Shown: positions 23,450 through 36,400 of the stretch, in pieces | Layout of the letters: each line of letters starts with the position of its first letter | Numbering within the stretch: position 1 is the first letter of the stretch | DNA from: Klebsormidium nitens | Lineage: Eukaryota > Plantae > Klebsormidiophyceae | Direction: 5' to 3' | DNA: 64,000 nt | Assembly (NCBI GenBank): GCA_000708835.1 | Contig: DF237453.1 | Span: forward strand, 1-64,000 | Position numbers and translations under genes: made by a program | The notes under the pieces: generated by a model | What the model saw: the letters and a program-made list of their open reading frames with translations, nothing else | Database searches by the model: none | Told to the model about the DNA's origin: nothing

Positions 23450-26400
23450 ACGCCTTAAAGTCGCTGCCAGAACAAAAAAATCAGCAGAGACCACATCAGC
23501 TGCCGGAACGAGTCCATGGTGTCCACATCTAAACGACGATTGAGCGGCGTCTCTTCGATTGCAAGGAGCCGGAAAGTGGTAAGAGTAGATCCAAAGTACA
23601 CCCTTAGTAGACCCACTGATCAAAGGTATAAACTTCTTGGCTTGGCCAGACCGCTTGTATTCTGCTTTGGGGCAGACTTTTAACACAGTTTCGGAAATTT
23701 CAAAGTCGTCTTGCTTCAGACATGACAGCTTCCGGACCCTTCGAAACTTCAACGTTTCCACGTTTCGGCTGCCGGATGCGTTCCTTCAAAACGCTCCAAA
23801 AGTTTTCTTGCTTCAGATACAGATTAAATACCACATTGACGTAGTGATGCCGCGCGATTGTGGGCAGCACATTCTCGCCTTTTCCTTCGGATGCAGATTG
23901 CAGTTTTTCAAATACTCGACGTTTATCTGCTTCTTGCTTGATTTACGTACCTTTAAAAGCTTCAACGTTGACGTAGTGATGCCGCGTGATTGTCGGCAAC
24001 ACGTTCTCGCCTCTGAAGCATTCCCTCCTGCCGCCAAGGCCCTCTACAACCTCGCCACGGCATTGCTCCGTCACGTACCTGAACGAGACGTCAGAAATAA
24101 GATCCTGCGTTTGCCGTTCAACTTTTTTGAGCCAACCCTCCCCTCACTTACGGACCACGTTTGGCGGCGGGACTATCGGACTAACCAATGATAACGGGAC
24201 AAGTTGAGAAGCGGATCCTCAAGACTAGAAAGAACAAGGCATTGGGATGGTCTAATTTACTTTTCTGCAAGCAAGCAATGCACACAAGGTCGTTCCCTAG
24301 GTTTGATCTGATTTCAAGAAAAGCAACCCAAAACGAGTCAAAATTTCTTGGTGGAACTAGCTCACGAAGAAGAAAGACAGGCCTCCTGATCTGTGGAATC
24401 GGAAGCTCGTAGCAGGGGACTTAATTATGGATCTCTGCAACCAAGATACGTTCCTCAGGGGAGCCCAAAGCAGCCCAAACGATGTCTGGAGCCCATGGAA
24501 CAGGAATCTCGAGGATGTTTTAGTTGCACCTTCGAGTGGCTCCCTCTCAAAAGAGCAACTACTCACTCGAAGTGGTACTTGTTCCCTTGTGATGGATCCG
24601 CGGGGGTCTCCATCTCTTTCCGCAGAAACTCGGTTGTGATGTTCTGCACGGAAACGTGTCGCTAATCAGTTTGCGTCCATCGGGGCCTAGTTCTAAGCAC
24701 AGTCGAACTGGATCACACACGTGTCAAAGCTGGTCAATGAAGTAAGAAAGAAACAGAGATATATTCAAAAAGGAAAAAGGTGTATAGGACAGGGCAGCGG
24801 TTTTTCAAAAGATCGGGACGGTATGCCGGGTAGGTCGGGCGCATAGCATGGAAAACTGATGAAAAGTTCTCAAGAGTTTCAAAGCTCTGCTTTCAGAGCT
24901 TTGTACTCTAGGACAGCTTAAGAGTAGAATCTTTCCGAGAAAGACTTCGCAAAGAAAAGAAACCGGGCTTTTCAGAGCTCGGTGAACGTTTAAGCCGGCA
25001 ATCTGAAGCCACAGAGAAAAGCTAGGTACTCGATCCTTTGAAAACAACTGTTCCCATAACGAAGAGAGGGTTACGGCATTAGCTTCAACAACGCTGCAAA
25101 GTCAGAATCGATGCTCACTCCTCCTATGATGAGCTTTTCACTGATCTCTTCGGCACTGACTGTGCCAGGAGTGCCCGGCGCAATTGGGTATCGTAGCACG
25201 CTAACCTGGAATGCAACGGCGGGAAACGGTCAGAATCGGAAATGATTCTAAAGGCACGGGAAATCTAAGCTTGGCTTCAAATGTTTTGCTGCATAAGGAT
25301 CCTTCGCTCCTCAGAAGGAGACGTACAGTAAGCAAGACTGGCGGAAGGCGTCTTTGAGGAACCTCGATATTTATGCTCTCATGTCAAACCCATTACTCTA
25401 TGAGCGTCTTGATCCTGATCCCAGTCTCAATTTGGCACATGAACGCTGCGCTGGCCCAGCGAAGTTCTCGGATATCCGTCGACTTGCCAGGAATGAGCTG
25501 AAGCAACGCTATAACCAGAAACGCCCAAGATAGGGTTTATCGTATCGTCCATTCGCTGGTTGAACTTATGAGCCGACGGAATGCATCAATCCGAGTCCAG
25601 CTTCAAGCTCCTCGTAATAGGGACTCTTCTTGTTCAAAAGATTTGATATGCGACCGATGACAAAAGGACAACCGTCCGAACACCGACCTGAAACCAAACA
25701 TACTCTCGACAAAGCGCACGAATGAAGCTAGCAGAGGCTCCGAAAGACGAAAGGAATCTGAGACTCACTGTATCGAACGTTTTGAAGTCGCCGATGAGAG
25801 CGAGCGTTTCCTCCCCGTCGTCCTTGGCGACCTCCGTCCCCGGTTTTCGGTTCTGCACGAAATGCGCAATGAGCAGATCCTTTCGCGTCCGGTTCCGAAG
25901 CACTGTTGATCCAAGCGTGTCTGACGCCTTTGCTTCGCGAAGTTCCGCCGTTTAGTTAAAGCACCTCTAGTAACAAGGGTGAGGACAGTGAATGCTAAGA
26001 GTAGAAGCAGCTAGACGAGAAGTCCTTCAAGGAAGTTTCTGTAGTTGTAGGAGCATGATTGGATTTTCAACTGGTTGTAGATACTATGGCTCAGCAATGA
26101 AGTACGAAGGTACAAGCAGTCGACATTTCGGAAGATTGTTGACTGGGCGTCTCTTCCGTCCAACCATCGATTAGATTCGTGGAGACATCTCAGTTTCGCG
26201 CACCCAAAGAAAATCAATCACGCTTCATGAGAAGCTGACTCCTAATTCCTCGATTCCGGCGATTGAAGCATGACTTCTGCATCCTCCCGCGTGCGGACAC
26301 GTGGCAGACGGCTACCAACGCAACGTGGGCCGTGATCAAGCATTGACTCACCAAAGCTTCGACGAAGCGGTCGGGGTACGTGATGGTGAATGGCGTGGCG

Positions 26401-27100
26401 TTCTTGGTCTCACGGTACTTGACGGGTGCGGGCGCGAGCGTTTTGCTTGCAACCAGGATGACGTCGTACGCGCTCGGCCAGACGTCAGCAAGGGCCGAAT
26501 CTCGTGGGCCTGCGTAAGTCAGGCGAGGAGTCACTAAACTGCCGAAGACAATGTTATCTAGAGTGTAAAGTTGCATAGCCTGTCGAGTCAAGGCAACGTT
26601 CTAAGAGATCTTTCCCACTCCGCTGTCGGCCCCGTCATTGCGTTGGTTGTGAGCATAATGTCGAGGAAGGAGGGTTAATAGGTATGATCCAACAAGAATA
26701 ACTGGGGCTATCCGGTGATCGAGAGAAAGCAGAGGCCGTGCATGTGGGAAAATCCTCTCATCACGATAGCTTTGGAAGAGTTGCTTGACTGGGCTAAAGA
26801 AGGCAACCTTAAAAATCTTCCCAACAGGGCCGCTTGCTGATCACGATGCAACAGGCAGAGAACAGTCTCAAGACCTTGCAAAGCGGAAGCGCAGACCAAA
26901 AATCTAGAAAAGGTTAGCAAAGGCGGCCACGTGAACTACGGACACAAAGTATTTGTTGCCGCCCTATGAGCAGATTATTGGCCACTGAGGGCGTGGCAGT
27001 TCAGCTCAGGACAAAGGCAAAAGTTGACGCTGGATTCCGACGCCGCTGTAAAACGCACGTTGTAGTCATTTATCAGCAACCAACAAGCAGACCCCTATTA
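23450..27100 (-). mobile_element. Decayed near-full-length LINE (L1/Tx1-like) ORF2: APE endonuclease, RT and weak zf-RVT remnants
   Basis: Minus-strand motifs in order: LINDYNV (~27070, cf. GDFN), P*FTW..SRFLV (~26930), PIMLL (~26050), LIGDFKTFDTVSLRFL..FGASASFIR (~25780, cf. LDFEKAFDRVS..FL..FG...FI), GVR-GCP-LS via compensating indels (~25680), QRMDDT (~25545, cf. YADD), IAGLNVHRALKS (~24980), TY-GIP (~24830), and LW...RCG...FF (~23500). Confidence 0.65.
23832..24012 (-). repeat. 132-bp-period internal duplication within the LINE ORF2 remnant
   Basis: The minus frame gives GENVLPTITRHHYVNV and GENVLPTIARHHYVNV. Four of five differences are synonymous in this frame, and an in-frame TAA sits where the other copy has Tyr (T*IKQE vs LYLKQE). 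Confidence 0.75.
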
Positions 27101-30093
27101 TAACAATCACTTCATGCCGTCACCGACTGGGGTCAAGTGCCCAAACAAAGTTGCGAGCGAGATTCTTGCAAGGGTGCCCACAAAAAGCTGGTGGTTTCGT
27201 GGCTTTGTTGAAACACACTGCCGGATCCAGTCAGCCAAACGGCCGTTACGCCAGCACATCAGCTGAATCTTTCACATCAGAGGAGCTCAGAGCCGATCAC
27301 AGCGTATAGTCAGTACGAAATTGCTCCAGCATCGAGCCACCTCACGAAATATCAGACGACGTTGAGCAAGGTACCTGACTGGCTCGTGTCAGCTGCCGCA
27401 TACTTGCCATGGGAATGCCAACCTACTTTCAGAAAGGACCGGCACCTTTTGGGTGAAAAGGGTGGTCGTTCTCTTGACACTAACTAGTTACAAGAGCAAT
27501 CTATAAGGCACAGCCGCAACGCTGCTGCAGAGACACAGTGGTGAAAGGATATTATTGGCGCCACATCGGCTCTGCCAGTATTAGAACTTGTATGCAGCAG
27601 GCCAACCCATGCACAGTCGTCAGCACGGCTGCTTCGCATCGTCTAAGCGGTAGCTCAAAATAGATTCTTCCAATCCAAAAAGGGCGTTGCAAAGGACAGA
27701 CTAAGCACTTGCAAAGCTTGCTGGCAGATTTTGCGCGACCACTTGGATCTTCCATTCGACTTGCGATGAATCAAGGAACTTCTCGACTGGATGTTGATCT
27801 CTCGGACCAAAGCGGTTCCACACTCCAGTTACAAGTTTCACCCACATCTTGACGACCCCTTTGACGAGTTCTGCTCCAAGCGAGACTAAAGAGAAGCTGA
27901 AACGGCAGTATGGTCAACAAACTCGGAGTCCGTTTGCTTTGCACGAGTCCCCTGAAATACTGACAAGCTCGTCGATCTAGAAGGGGGTCGACTGTCGTCA
28001 ATCTGTGATTGCGGACGCACCAACCAAGCTTACGCGGATGGCTCAGCGGAGAACTCACGTAAAGGCATGGGTTTATTCAAACCCAGATCCGTGATTCCTC
28101 ACTGCCCTACTGTCGAGTAGAATGCGACCAGGAATCAGCACAGCACACGCATGATGACCTCGGCCTTCTGGAGGGCCAGAACGGTCTGACAAAGGAGCAG
28201 ACAGATGATCAAGAGAGGAGAAGGCTGAAGCGTTCAGTATGGAGACCGGAAAGAGGGTCTGAATGGCCGCAAGAACGGAAACGCGAGGCATCTTATATGA
28301 CGAAAGGCCGGCCGCAACATCTCATATCCGCTAAGATCGAAAAATTACACGGACAAGTCTTTCGTTACGTTACAAAGGTGACCCGCCCACACGTCTTGGC
28401 AAAAGGGAAACATGTAGACTCTTTACCGAAGTCGACTAATACTGCAGACTGTCTGCGAAAAACGCCTCAGAACTGGTTTCGAAAGAGCAGATTTTCAGCG
28501 TCAAGGCTACGGGGATGCTAATCGAGATATTTTACCATAAAAGGAAGTCGTAGTAGGAAACCAGGATTTCCGTCGCTCAGCGCATCGCTTTGAATCTACT
28601 CCAATTCTGCCAACAATTTGTTGTTTCGTCCCCAGGGCAAAAGGCAAAAGTAGGGCGACAAAGCCAGAACTAGCGGCATTATTGTTCCCTTTGACAGTCG
28701 ATGACCAGAGCCCTGTGACTCAAGTCAGAGAGAATAATCTCATCATCGCCGCTGGCAACCAGGAGAAGGAGTGGCATCGTCAGTGCAAAAAGTGAATTCA
28801 CGAAAAGGCTCTGGTTCCCTAAGTTCGAGAAAGTACAGTATCAGTAGTAACGCCAAATCAGTGGCGCGGATTTGCGAGGCATTCCTATCGAAAGGGGGAT
28901 ATGACCATTTCCTTGCAGCTTTCAACATCCCTTGAGCTCTTAAAAGCCAGCGGGATTGCCATTACAAATAGGCCTTTTGGATTTTATGCTTCGAACACTC
29001 TGGCAGTACAGAAAGCAGGTCGTTTATGTTGGTCCGATTTTCAGAGGCAACGATGTCAATCTACAGTACGAGGGCTGGGCAACCTTACTCAAGGAAAGCG
29101 CTCGAGCAAGGTCGCATCTGTTTTCAACCTATATGGCCTCTGCAAACTGAAGTGCCCTTTCAAGTGTGCTAAGGAGAAGTTCCAATGCAGAAAAGTACCA
29201 TTCGGCTCTGAAACCCTCGTGAAAAAGCCTGGCTTCAAACCATGCTACGGTGTTAGCACTGTCGCTTGGGTTCTGATCAAAGTAAAGAGCTCGAATCCGT
29301 CTGATGGTCTAATAGTTATGCCAATGGTGTGTGGTAAGAATGTCAGCTATTATTGGCTGATCACCAGTGCCATAAACCCACTTGACCTGAACCGAGGCTT
29401 GAACCGAGGCCTAAAACAAAAGAAACAACCACGTAACCGATATCCTGGGCTGGACATGCAACTTCAGCGTTTTGATAAATATCAGACCTGTCCAGGACGC
29501 GTTTGTGACATGAAGAGCCCTTGAAACATAGAGCGCTTTTGTGACACCGCTTGAGTGAGGCCACTACTGTCAAGGAGTACATCGTTGTGAGCCTTAAACA
29601 TGCCCAGTGCGGCCTCAAAACTACGACCACAAAATGGAAACGATGGCTCCCTATTCACATATAGGCTGGGGGCTTCATTTTCAAGTCATAAGGACCCCCG
29701 TCGGGAAAGGCATGCTGACACAGCGTTTTGCTGTTTACATTGAGATGGACAAAGTTCTATTATCAAAGACAACGACTGAGAAAAAGCAAACTTGTTCAAA
29801 CAAGAAAGCTGCTGTTTCAAGAGCACTGCAAACCGCCACACCTCCACTTTGATGGAAGTAGGCCACAAAAGTAACCGCGGGGTGAGAAACAAACAGCTTC
29901 GATTTTGCAAAAGTGATGCCTACCTTGTTACGACAGATAACCAACTATGCCCGCCCAGGACAAGTGCTGACGCCTCAAAACATATGTTGACAGCACGATT
30001 GCAGAAAAGCATATCAAGAAGGAGAGCTGCTGCCCTGACAGATGCCCTAAGAGCGTGCTCTGGACAAGGAGCAGGAAGCAACTCCTCGAGGAG

Positions 30094-32244
30094 CTACATG
30101 TAGTTTTGATCTCCTAAGCATCTATCCTTAGAAAACCAGGGGGCGGGAGGGGGGCTTCCCAACACAGTGGAAGCAGCAAACTTCTGCCCAGAAGTGGACT
30201 TGATAGTCAACTGAAAAGAGAAACCACGCAACCCGGCAATCTGGCGTTTGGACCGTCCTTGAGTTGTTAACTCAGCGCGCCTTTGTGATGACCGGAGATC
30301 TGGAGCACGAGGGGCCCGACCCAAATCGTGAAGCAGGCTTAGATTTTGTAGTATACATCATTGTGACTTTGACAAGACTCACACAACTGAAGGAAGGGCA
30401 CTGACGCTGAAAGGCGAAGTAAACTTTGTTCGAGGTGACTCGTCTGCCAGTGGGGAGCCTATAACCTCTAAAACAGCAGCTAGAAGCGACTTGCTTCTGA
30501 TGCTCCTGAATCAATCTTGTTGACTAGAATCAGCCAGGCACAGCGTTGTGGAAGTCCCAACAAACCACTTGAGAAAGTGCAACACTCTGGCAGACGGGGG
30601 TCAGATGTCCACTCCAAATTAACCCAGTATAGCAGTGGAACGCTTTTGCAGCTCACTCAGAACAAGATCCTCAGCTGTGCTATAGAGCGTGGCGGCAAAT
30701 GCAATCATAGCCAAACAACGGTATACAGGCAAAGCCAGGATTGGGTGTGGGTCCTCCCACAGTGCATTGTTTTTGCAGAAGAAGTTTCCAAGAAGAAAGT
30801 GGGGAGAAAGTGAGAATTGGGGTGGAAGCGACTGAATGTGTCTGAATGTTAAAGTCCAGCAAAGTGGCTGTAGTAGAAAGCTTAGGGCTGAATGAGTCGC
30901 TGGGGCCCAGTCGCAGCATTATAGCAGCGCGCTTTCAGTGGGCATCTCTGGTTGGTCAATGCAACTTTCGATGAAAATCAAATCAAAGTGATTTAAAGAG
31001 TGTTCTGATCAGAGCACGCTTGTCCATTGCATTTGGGCATTGATACAATCAGAACCAGCAGTCGCTTGTGCAAAGAGGGCGTGGCATTAATGAGTCTCGA
31101 CCACTAAGACGGATGGGGCCAAAACGCGGCTGACCCTTGTACTCACTGCCCGCAAAACTTGTCCTTCTGCAGAAAACTTTGCCACGCGGCTTGCCGGCGG
31201 ACGTGCGCAACTCAAACATAAGGTACTCATCGAAGAGTCTACGTCAAGCAGCTGAAATCTTTCAATTGGACGTTAATTGCAGACACACAATGAGTCCCAG
31301 GGCCGTCAATTCAAAGACCCCAAAAACTAAATCTATAAATGAACAATGCAACCTCAGCATAGAGATTGACCAAATTGAAGAGATGCATGCATGATTTTCA
31401 AGTTGAGTCCTGTCTTCTATCAAGGAAAATCCTCTGACAAGTGCACGTACTTATAAGCTTGAGCTTCAAAACTGCAGTTGGCTTTCATGAACAATAAGGT
31501 CATCACCATGAAAAGGAGCGTGCTTCCAGTCCTCTGTTTGCAGCATTCTGCCTATGGGGTAGCCACAGCATCCAGCGACCGACATGGAAAGGCAAATGCG
31601 GGAACTTTCGGGCATTTCCCTAAAATGCATGAGTATCTCGCAGCATTTTTCTGGAAACAGCGCGGCGATTCGGGCTCAACCAACCATGTCCAAGAACCAA
31701 CCAACAAGCCGTCAGAATGTTATGGTGACGACTTCTTCAGAAGCAGTCTGCCCTCGTGATCATAAACGCACTCCTCCCATAAACTTCTGCAGCTCTCACC
31801 AGAATGCGGCTTTCACTTGTGTCAAAGAACCTTCATCTTCAACAGATAAGAGAAAGGAAAAACGTTTCACAAAAGAATGCAGCAATCTTCTTTGTGCTTA
31901 CCAGCTCCTGCCACCGCTGCCGCCCCTGCCAACCCCCCAACCAGCACTCTCTTCATCAACTCCCGCCGCCGCAAACCCGCCATCCTGGTTGCATCGCTTT
32001 CAGCTCCCCCCGTGCATGCACCACTTTTATCTTCCGACTCCTCCGAGCCATAACTTGCCCTTGCCATTCCTCCATATTGCCTTTTGTGGTATACATTCTT
32101 GAAAGTGAAGCGCTGCGCTGATTGCTGCGCAGGCAGAGGAACAAGGGTCCGACCGGAGATTGAGCAGCTGGAGCTCAATGCTGTAAAGTGGGGAACCTTG
32201 ATGGGCTGGATTGCGGCCACGCAGGAGCCGTAAGGCGTAGCCAT
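30094..32244 (-). CDS. Uncharacterised ~230-aa protein with predicted plastid transit peptide and twin-arginine (thylakoid lumen) signal; exons 32244-31902, 31836-31800, 31471-31451, 31238-31147, 30465-30383, 30210-30094
   Basis: ATG in GCCATGG context; Ser/Ala/Arg-rich N-terminus; RRRELMKRVLVGGLAGAAAVAGA. Six phase-consistent GT-AG exons include a 21-nt micro-exon. The exon 5 acceptor (GAG) is atypical, so the 3' half of the model is less sure. Confidence 0.62.
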
Positions 32245-32329
32245 GGCGCCCTTTGTTGGAGGAGAAAACGGAGCAACCACTGAATGTGGGAGTTCTCAGA
32301 GCTCTGAGCCTGTTCATGAGCCAATTCCT

Positions 32330-32350
32330 GGGGTTAGGGTTTTAGGGTTT
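32330..32350 (-). promoter_or_regulatory. Telo-box (AAACCCTAA) tandem upstream of the minus-strand gene
   Basis: The minus strand reads AAACCCTAAAACCCTAACCCC about 90 nt upstream of the ATG at 32244. Confidence 0.55.
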
Positions 32351-33469
32351 GCTTTTAGAAATGGAGAACGTCCACCGTCGATGATGTGGTCCGGGATCCG
32401 GCGATGAGTGGTTGAGACCAATTCTGGTATCAGAAAGCGGTTTATTTCAGCCTCAGCGCAACGTACTTGATTATGAACGGCCTACATTAGTACGGTGGTT
32501 GTGTACATTACCTATCTTCCGGTGCAGCTTACCGTACCGTACGTAAATCACGTACCTTGTATGATTTTTGCCGGTGTTCTGCACTCACCATCGCTACTTG
32601 CTGAAAAATACGACAAACTCTTCCATTGCCGGCCGAGTGCCGGCCGAACTTGAGGCGGCGTTGAGGCCAGGCTTCATAATGCATTGACATCTTAGACCGA
32701 GGTCAAGTGACTTGCATAAGTGTACGTTTCTGATCCTGACTAAGGTCAGCTGGTCTGGTAGGTATTCATCTAGGTGCTTGAGGGCCGAAAGCCCACAAGT
32801 TTAACCACAGCGAACATTTCCTAGCTGTAGTATCTTTGTACTGGCAGGTGACCAGACCGTACGCCAGCTAGAGCTGAAGGACTGCGTATTGCCGACATAT
32901 GGGCTAAGAAGACACGTTTCGCATTTACGAGCTCTAGGATTGTGAATTTTGCAAGTCAACAAACTCAACGGTCTACGGGGTCAACGGCTATTCGCTTTCT
33001 CAGGCTCTACATGCAGGAACTCTACAGACTGCATTTGATTCGTTCCGCTCTGGCCGGAGATTCGATTCTGTGCTGTGGAAAGGTTGAGCAGATTAGACTC
33101 CTGCAGACTGCGCGCAAAGACGGGCCAGCATTTGGAACCCCAACCTGTGCAGTCTGATACGTGTACTGGCTGATCCTATCTTTCTCCGCAGAACCTCTGC
33201 GTCCGGATTCCTCCTTGTGGTCGTTTTGTGTTTGAAGCGGCGCAAAGCAGTCCTTGTTGGAGCCAAGTTAGAAAGCCCACCATTCCTCCCTGCGCATTCT
33301 TCTCCAGCAAAAGTGGCGGCTTTGAAAAATCAGTGCATACATTGGGCGTAGAAAGACTTTGTGCTTTGATCAAACTTTAAGCATCACCGCTGCTCTCTGC
33401 ATTGCGCGCCCGCATTCGGAGCACCAAATTTCTGTAAAGCCCTCAGCATTGCCAAAAGAAGCGGCAAAA

Positions 33470-36400
33470 ATGGGCAAGACCGCAGCGCCCTCTTTTTGGG
33501 CGTCCAGCCTGGTGGGGTGTCTGTTGCTGAGTTCACTCCTTTTGGCTGAGGCCGGGAGACACAACAGCGGGCTGGCGAACAAGGGGCGGGAGCATTCACA
33601 CCACCACCATCATGGTGGCCATGGGCACGGGAAGCCGGTGGGAATAAGCACCGAGGCAGAGTTTGAGGGGGACGTCCTCCCAGAGAAGACGGCTGTCGCG
33701 CAGGGCAGCGGAAAGATTGCTGGGGGAAAGTCGGAAAATAACCGGCGGTCGGTTGAGGAGTCTGCTGACGTGGGCGGAGTCTACATGTATCTGGCGTCCT
33801 TCTTGACTTTGCAGAGCCGCCCGGCGATCGCGAGCATGACAGGTGTCACGCCCACAAACTGCCACCTGTCGCATGACGTCACCTGCGGCAATGGCAAGCA
33901 GTCCGGAGACCGATTGGGTGCGGCCGTGGACTTCCTCACCGCGTCTTTGTTCGGAAAGTCGACCGAGGGAAAGCAAATTCTGCCGGCGGATGAGTCTGCC
34001 AAGCCCGCAGAGATTGACCCAGCACCGGGTTTCTCGCAAGCCCCCCTGGAAAGACCATCCGACGCGGGAAAGAAGATCCTGCCTAGTCACGAGGGAACAA
34101 AGCCTGCAGAGTTGGATCCGGCAAACCACAAGCAGGGGGGTGAAATTGCCGGACAGGAGACCCCCCTCCCCGCAGACGAGGGCACTGGCAACCCCTCTTG
34201 GACCGGCCTCCTCCCGAGCATCGTCCGCGCATTTGCATCCATCCGCAACTCTGGCCACGTCACCGCTGACATCAGCGGCGCGTCAGCGCTCCGCCGGCCG
34301 TCTGATGCCGGCAAGCAGATCCTGCCTGCAGACGAGGGGAGAGGTGTTCAGCCCCCTCAGAGCGGAATGGAGGGGGAGCGGACGGAACTGAACGCGGCGT
34401 TCTCGGAAACTAGAGCGAGGATGCTGATCAGTGCGGGGAGTCCCGAGACGAGCACGGTTTCGCAGCTGTTTTTAGATGCGCACAACGCGGCGCGCAGCGC
34501 AGTGGGGGTGCAACCAATCAAATGGAACACGACCCTGGCAATATTTGCACAGGTGAGTTGTAAGGGGTTGCCTCGCTATTTGGTACGCTATTTGGTACGC
34601 TATTTGGTGAAAAGCGGGTGCGGTGGTTTTGTCGTTTCAGGCAAGCGGATGGGGGGTGCACTGATTGGGGCAGAAGGCTGGCGGCGTTGGCGTTGGTTAG
34701 GAGCGAGATTATGCTTCTGGGGCTTGGAGACACTTTGCTCTCATTATGCTGGAGACAGGTCTACATTTTGCTGACTTTCATTGTAAGATTGGGGGTTTTC
34801 CTGATGATGGATCATCAGCCACATTCGGATGTCTAAGTAGGCAATGTGATGTGAGTAGGCAATCCTTTCCTGCCAAAAGCCCGGCTTTCATGTATTATAA
34901 AAGAGAGGTTTGTAGGCGTCTTCATCTTGTGTAGAGTGAAGGTTTTCTTGGACAGCAAAATGTTCGTACTAATGCTTGACGAATGCGAACATCACGATCT
35001 TATATAGGAGCTTCAACGAAACCTGAGGCTCTTGGTGGAAAGCCCTAGAAGAAAGTCCGATAATGAAGCCACCAGAACCTCTCGGTTTTCCAAACGAAGA
35101 AGCAGAGAATCAACGCCATGTGTGCCGATCGGCGCGCTTACAACCAGGGCGCCCACTTGAGTTTTCTCGAGCGTTAGGGCTCCTATTCTTGACCAACCGA
35201 AAGTTCGTGAAGCGCCAATGAAACACATGACTCTGGAACGTCCGAGCTGAGACGTTCCTCTTATCTATGAAGGCACGGGCAAACAGCAAGCAGATCAACG
35301 CAAGCTGTGCGACTGCACACTCGCAACCACAGTGCCCAATACAGACTGATTTAAGCCTTAGCGCTTCATTACTCCAGATTATCGAGCTCGAAAGTCACGC
35401 GCGAAGTCCGCTCTGAACGGTTTCTCTCTTTTCGTACAGGCGTGGGCGAACAACCAGAAGATCAACGCGAGCTGTGCGATGGCGCACCGTCCGACGAGCG
35501 GGCCCAACAAGCGCATCTACGGCGAGAACATCGCGTGGAACGGCGGCTTCAAGAGCAGCGCAACCCAGGTGAGCGGGTTGTTCCGTTGTTCCGCTCTTCC
35601 GTTGAGTGGCTCAGCTCTTTCTCAACTGCTGATGTGTCTAGGCTAGCCGCCTTCTTTCATGACTTTCTAAAAGCAAAATTCTCGAGGTGAACGGCGGCCT
35701 CAAGAGCGTTCCGATGCTCCGCTTCGATTTCCCTTCCGTACCGATGTACCGAGCCTGCCTCCGTCTTTGGCCAACTCTCCTTTCGCTTAGCTCATCTGCC
35801 GGCGCATCTGCTGGCGCATCTGCGTCCAGGAACGTCGCGCCCGGAATACAAACCGTTTAATAATCAGCAAAAGCGAGCACAAAAACCTCCCACTACTCTT
35901 CTATTCTGTTGACGGACCTTTCGCCACAAACTGCAAACTAAAGTTGGATTCTTGGATCCTTTAGCGTTTGGACTAGTGAGCGCATCCAATTTTAGCGACG
36001 GCAAACTTTTCAACCAAGGTTCGTTTCGCGAAAGAGAAAACGAGCGAACGGGGGGACACGTCAGCATCATGCAGGGTGATTCTCAAAAGAATCCTACATA
36101 AGGAGTCCTGACGTTTCCCGATTCTGATCCCAGATCACCAATCTGTGGGCCGGCGAGTCGATCTACTACAACCGCACGTCCAACACGTGCACGCCCGGCA
36201 AGGTCTGCGGACACTACACCGCGGTGAGCGCACCAAATCTACGAGTCTAGTATAAAGTCTTCAGAAAATGGTGCCTTTCTAGCCTGCAACCGACATGGGC
36301 TGTGAGTGTCTGGGGCGGGTAGTCGCACTGAAGTAGTCTCGCTCGGAGTCGTAGCTTTTTGGCAGTGACCAGGCAGCCTCAAACTCATTGCTCGTGTCGC

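Noticed and set aside
23637-24191. 184-aa plus-strand ORF with DVVMPRDC repeats
   Set aside because: It is the antisense shadow of the minus-strand LINE frame; synonymous changes between the duplicated blocks favour the minus frame.
2830-28700. Methylation- or RIP-like C-to-T decay signature in the element relics
   Set aside because: Some changes fit (CGC>TGC in RPIT, TAG stops) but others are transversions. A dinucleotide count against consensus would be needed and could not be done by eye.
28700-30000. 207-aa ORF 28901-29524 and neighbours
   Set aside because: No motifs, splice structure or codon bias that I could support; probably decayed repeat DNA.
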